Origin: Vicugna vicugna
Lineage: Eukaryota
Direction of reading: 5' to 3'
Length of the DNA: 64,000 nucleotides
Assembly (NCBI GenBank): GCA_013265495.1
Contig: MU057887.1
Location: 1,003,985-1,067,984 of the forward strand
A program made the position numbers and the translations under genes. Within the stretch, counting starts at the first letter, position 1. The number at the start of each line of letters is the position of its first letter. The notes beneath the pieces are model-generated. The model was not told the origin of the DNA and did not search any database. It saw only the letters and a list, made by a program, of their open reading frames with translations. Positions 59,181-64,000 of the stretch are shown in pieces.

Positions 59181-60049
59181 GTGAAGGAAATCAAACTTTG
59201 TCTTCGTTTCAGTGGTGAGCTGTTTCCATCGCCTCCAGAGTGGCCGGAGGAGGCCACTATACAAATACCCAGGATTCCCATACTCCACAGAGCACCTCCT
59301 CTCCCTCCATCCTCCACAGGGCACTGGGCTCAACTACCCGCAGACCAGCTGCGACACCTCTTTGGAAGCAGTTGTCTCGGGAACGGATCATTCTTTTGAA
59401 TCACTTCAGCAGCCTGGTCTCTATCCTCGAGGGAGATTTGATTTGGGGAAATAACCAGATGTCCTTTGGGCCAAGTCGGCTGAGTCGATGTGCACAAACC
59501 AAGCCAGGGCCCCCGTCCAGTGCCAGAATGTGCCACGACTGCAAAGTTGGGAGACTCTGTGGCTCCCAGCTCTGAAGGCAGTCTGGGAGGAGAATCTGGA
59601 CCGGCTCGTCTGGACTGGCCTCCACTGGTGTTGGTGGGGGTGAGAGCGCCAGCGTGCGGGTGTATGAAAACAGGCATAGTCACATACCCAAGCGTGGTGG
59701 CCGAACCAAACCAAAGCGAGACTAATTAACATGAGGCTGCCTTTCATCTCTCAGCTCACGATTGGATTTTCATGGAAGTCTTTGGGGGGAAATTCTGAGC
59801 GTTTCTGACACAAGCAAATGTGTGAGAGTGAGGCAGGAGGTTGTCCGGGAGGAGTGCAGGGCTCAGAGGTCGGGGTTTCCTCCCAGCTCTGTGGCCTCTG
59901 GCTGTTCATGCCATCTCTCCAGCCCTCAGTGATCCCACCTGAACAATGGGGATCATGATGTCTATCCTTAACATGAAAAGCAAATGGGGGGAAACGGATA
60001 TGAACACGCCCAAAAGTCCTGACCTCGTGGGGCAAGGGCTTTAAAAACC

Positions 60050-60990
60050 CGGACACCCTTTGACCAAACACTCCTGCTTCTGGGAATTTATCCTCAGGAA
60101 AGCATCAGAAACATGAAAGTTTCAGTATAAAGATATTCTAGCAGCATTATTTATAGTAGCAAAGACTTTAAAGAAACTACATGTCCAACAATAGTGGCAA
60201 ATGTGATAACCTGTCCGTAGGATGCTACACTGCTCTCAGGGGTGCTCCAGGCAGGAAATACACCAGCCACGCCTGTGCCAGTGACAGTGCTAGGTTAAAA
60301 AAAAAAATTAGCATTCACAAAGCCCTATTCACAGTAGCCCCAAAGCATCAGAAACAACCCAGTTGTCCCCCAGCAGCAGAAGAGGTAGGCACACAAAGGG
60401 ATAATATAAAACAATAAACAGGCGTTAGCTATTGATGGGCGTATTGACAGACATAGATGAATGGCAACTATGCTGAGCGAGTTCACACTCTATGATGCCG
60501 TTTATTTTAAATTAAATAAAGGAGAAATTAATCTGTCAGATCGGTGGTTGCCTGGGGCTTAGAACGCAGGGACCGCCTGCCGGGGAGACTAGGGGACATT
60601 TTGTGGTGATGATATTTTGTTTCTTGATTGCAATGGTGGTGACAGGGGTGTGTACATTTGTCAAAACTCATAGAACAGTACAAGTATAAGGGACCTTATT
60701 GCGTGGAAATTATATCTCAATAAAGTTGATTTTTAAAATTAATTGGTATTTAGATTTTATTTTTCAAATCCTGAAGAAAATAATGTTTAATAACATAAAG
60801 TGCTCACAGCATATTAAACAGAAAGATTCTGAAATAATCCAGAGTGTGATCACACACACAAGAGTACCTGTACGTATCTGGTTTGGAAAATATACCAGAA
60901 AGGCTTTCAACAAAAGTACCTGGTAATTATCTCACAGTTAATTTTTGTTTTCTTTTTTATGCTTGTCTGTATTTCCAAATTTTCTATAAC
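60050..60990 (+). mobile_element. Ancient L1 3' relics (L1ME/L1MC-like, possibly nested)
   Basis: ttctgggaatttatcct...gcagcattatttatagtagcaaa...; gtgtgtacatttgtcaaaactcatagaac...aaattatatctcaataaagttgattttta. Confidence 0.7.
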
Positions 60991-62952
60991 AAACACTTTT
61001 CCTTTTCTAAACAAATTAAATAGAAACAAACACATCTCCTTTCCTTTCTTCCAGCGGTAGCAGGCCGGGGACACGGGGCTGGGCTCTGGGACAGGACGAT
61101 GACAATACCCGGGTCCAGCGAAAGGGAACTGCCTGGAAGGCGGTAGCAGACGCTAGAGGGTGAGGGTGGGGCTCCCTGCCCTGGTCCCCTGGCCCAGTCT
61201 CCTGGCTGGTTATTCTTGAGGGCTGCGTGCCCACTGGGCACTACTGATGCAGGGGCGAGCCCTGTCCCCCGGGCCGGCTCGGGTGGCCGGGAAGCCAGAT
61301 CCTCCTGTTTGGAGCGACCGAGTCCTGTGGCTCCCAGCCCTTCTCCTGAACAATCTGGGCTCCCTGCAGACGTGGGTGAGGATGGGTGGGGGTTCTGGTC
61401 TCTGCCCCTTTGCCACTTTCCCTGCTGCAGGAGACCCTCCTTGGTGAGAACTGCAGGAACTGATTGGTGGGGGCAAGGGGTGGCCGGCCCTGGGCCAGAG
61501 ACTGCGCTGCAGTGCATCTCCTGCCCCCACGGCCCTATTGTTTATCAGTACTTCTCCCTCCAAATCTGGGGACACTGAGAGCAGGAGTGAGTTGCCCAGA
61601 GTCACCTGGCCGGTAGCGGGGGACGGGGAGAGCTCAACCTTGACCCCACGCCTGGATTCTCACTGCCTTCAAACTCCAGTTCCCGGGAGCTTCTGGGCCC
61701 CAGACAGCTCATTAACGCAGCGTGGGTTTGGGGGTCAGGGGCTGTGTGTTTCCTGTGCCTGCTGTCTGCTCCGGGTGATCATGCGACTTGGAATCTGCTG
61801 CACATTCGGTGGAGCCGTCAGCGGGGCTTAGTGGCTAAACATGAGTGTCTCTGGGAACAGGGCTCTGCCTGTGCTTAGAGCTGCTGGGACCGTGGTCTTG
61901 CAGCTCCCTCCCTGACTCTGCCTCTCCCTTCCTACCAGCCGGCTTCACAGAGGTGCTGAGAAGGAGGAGACCCGGCTGATTTAGTTTCTTTCCCCTCCCT
62001 AACTGAGCAGATTCTACAACAGACTGTGGAAATTAAAAATAAGAGGCCAGAACCATATATATATATATATATATTTTTTTTTTTTTCTAACCAAATCACA
62101 AGTGGGAAAGATGAGGCGGCAGTAGGTTAAGGACATTTGTGATGTAGAGTTTTTATCACCTGACACTTTCATGACTGTGTATGTCACAATGGATGGTCCT
62201 TGGAAACGGGTGGCAGCGGAGACTACGGGCTTATGCCTGTGTGTGAAGCTGCACTGAAGTGAGGTCAGCCCGGAATTAGCTCACAACATGGGGGCCATCA
62301 GTCACGCCAGATTCTCCTATGTTTGTGTATCAATTTATATAAAGAAATCAACTGTAATATGAGTAGCCAAAGGCGCCTCTGAAGTAAAAGGGACTAAGGG
62401 ACATGCTTTCTTCTCTCTCACTCTCTTTCTCCATGTATTTATATATACATATTCTCCAAACTTTCTATAACCGTTTCTTGTTATAACAAGAAGGAACAAA
62501 ATACACTCTTATTAAATGTAGTCAAACTGCAACTCAACCTTCATGTCCAATGATACCATGACAGTCAAGGGTACTTTTTATTGAGTGTCTGGTATGTTCC
62601 AGATGTTCCACCAAACTCCCACTACCCTGGCTCCTCGGAACACCCAGCACGTGTGAGCTGTCCCCCCTGCACGCAGGAGCACGCAGGAGCTGAGTCGGTA
62701 CGCAGCGCCCACGTGGCCGAGCTGGGGGCTGAACGTGGATGACTCCAACTCTGTCCTATTTCCGTAACAATTTCCTGCCTCTTCAAGGTGAGTATTTTTC
62801 CCAAATACAATCATCTTCAATGAAAATATTTTATCTTGTTTAAATAAAATCTGAAATTATTTCTGTAAACAGAATTTAGTGAAATAAATACACTAATCAT
62901 TTTTTAAAAAACTTTATGACCCTGTTAACCAACAGCCAAAGTGGGGAACATC

Positions 62953-63079
62953 CCAGGGATCAAGATAAAATGAAAATGCAGGGCGCCTTGTTCCAAAAGG
63001 ATTGAGAATTTTAAGACAAGGACAGCAGAGCATAAAATGTGGCGCGACTGCACGGGCTACACACCCGTGAAGCCAGGCC
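62953..63079 (-). mobile_element. MER45A-like hAT-Tip100 MITE
   Basis: aaaatgaaaatgcagggcgccttgttc...aagacaaggacagcagagcat...gcgactgcacgg...cccgtgaagccaggcc, the reverse complement of the MER45A pattern. Confidence 0.75.
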
Positions 63080-64000
63080 GAACAAGGTCTTGGTGGGTTT
63101 TGATTGAGCAAGGGTCACATCCCCTTTGGGGACAAACTGAGCTCCAGAGATCACATATTAGACAACAAATGGATTCAAGCTTTAGGAAGACGTACAGTTC
63201 CAGATAAAATTTTCAGTCCTGGAAATACAAAATAATTGCAGCTCAAGAATGGAGTTCCCTGGTGAGGATGCCAGGGGAGAGAGCAGGCACTTCCCTCCCC
63301 TGGAAAGGGCCCAGCCTCTGAGCAAGGGGCTTGTCCAGGAGGACTACCCCCTGCAGGACGCCCCCTGGCGCCGAGCCCTGATGGAACTTCAGTGCCTTGC
63401 GGGAGAGCACAGGAGTGCACGGCTGACCAGCCTGGGTCTTGGGGAGAAATGAGAAAAGACAATGCCCGCGCTTCCTCCCGTGAAAAGAGGACCTTTTCTG
63501 GGAAAGTATCTTGGGCTTCATGGGCAGGTGGATTTTTCCCCAGCACTCTCAGGCACCGCCTAATTTGCAGGACAAGAGACAACATACTCCCCCCACTCCA
63601 ACCCCCACCCTGGTCTCCACAGCCCCCTTGCTCATTTTTCTTAAAAAAAAAAACAAACAACCCTATTCTCCCAGCCTTTCACAGAGCTCTGGGCTCTGGG
63701 ACTGTTTTCTCCATAAACATGTCTTGCAGGGAAGGACAGACAGACAAATGGATGAACAGGGTAGCGCAGGAACATCCCAAGGCCAAGTGACAGCTGATGC
63801 TCTGTGCCCCTCAGCCCCTGCTCCAGGGCTCAGACGGCCCTCGAAGGGACTGGGCTTGGCCACTGTGCAGGTCCCCAAGCCTGGGGCCGCTCAGCAGCCT
63901 CCTCCAGCCCAGACATGTCCTCAGGAGGCCAAGAGGACAGAAAATCATGCAGCAGCCAGGGAGCTTCCAGGAAGAGGAGGCCTGAGCTTCCAGGTCAGGG

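Noticed and set aside
62112..62128. let-7-like TGAGGCGGCAGTAGGTT
   Set aside because: Seed GAGGTAG is absent and no complementary arm is evident; the real let-7 cluster should lie beyond this window.

Overview
Mammalian genomic DNA, GC-rich for most of its length and almost certainly from a camelid (three copies of the tRNA-derived vic-1-type SINE and an artiodactyl/camelid-type L1 3' end). The only recognisable protein-coding sequence is the 5' end of WNT7B on the minus strand. It has two alternative first coding exons: 1a (9624-9554, MHRNFRKWIFYVFLCFGVLYVKLG) and 1b (5262-5180, MLLLSPRSALLSIYCPQIFLILSSGSYL). Each lies in its own CpG island, ends in phase 2 at a GTGAGT donor and is preceded by uORFs; exons 2-4 lie beyond position 1. 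The remaining ~54 kb is upstream intergenic DNA with LINE/SINE/LTR/DNA-transposon relics, a divergent set of perfect CTCF motifs, several candidate enhancers and two orphan CpG islands (~49.7-50.2 kb and ~56.8-57.5 kb). There is a 194-N assembly gap at 8955-9148. I found no evidence for a novel multi-gene system; the best leads are regulatory and translational. Almost all ORFs in the supplied track are GC-content artefacts. Repeat family names and motif calls are by eye and their boundaries are approximate.
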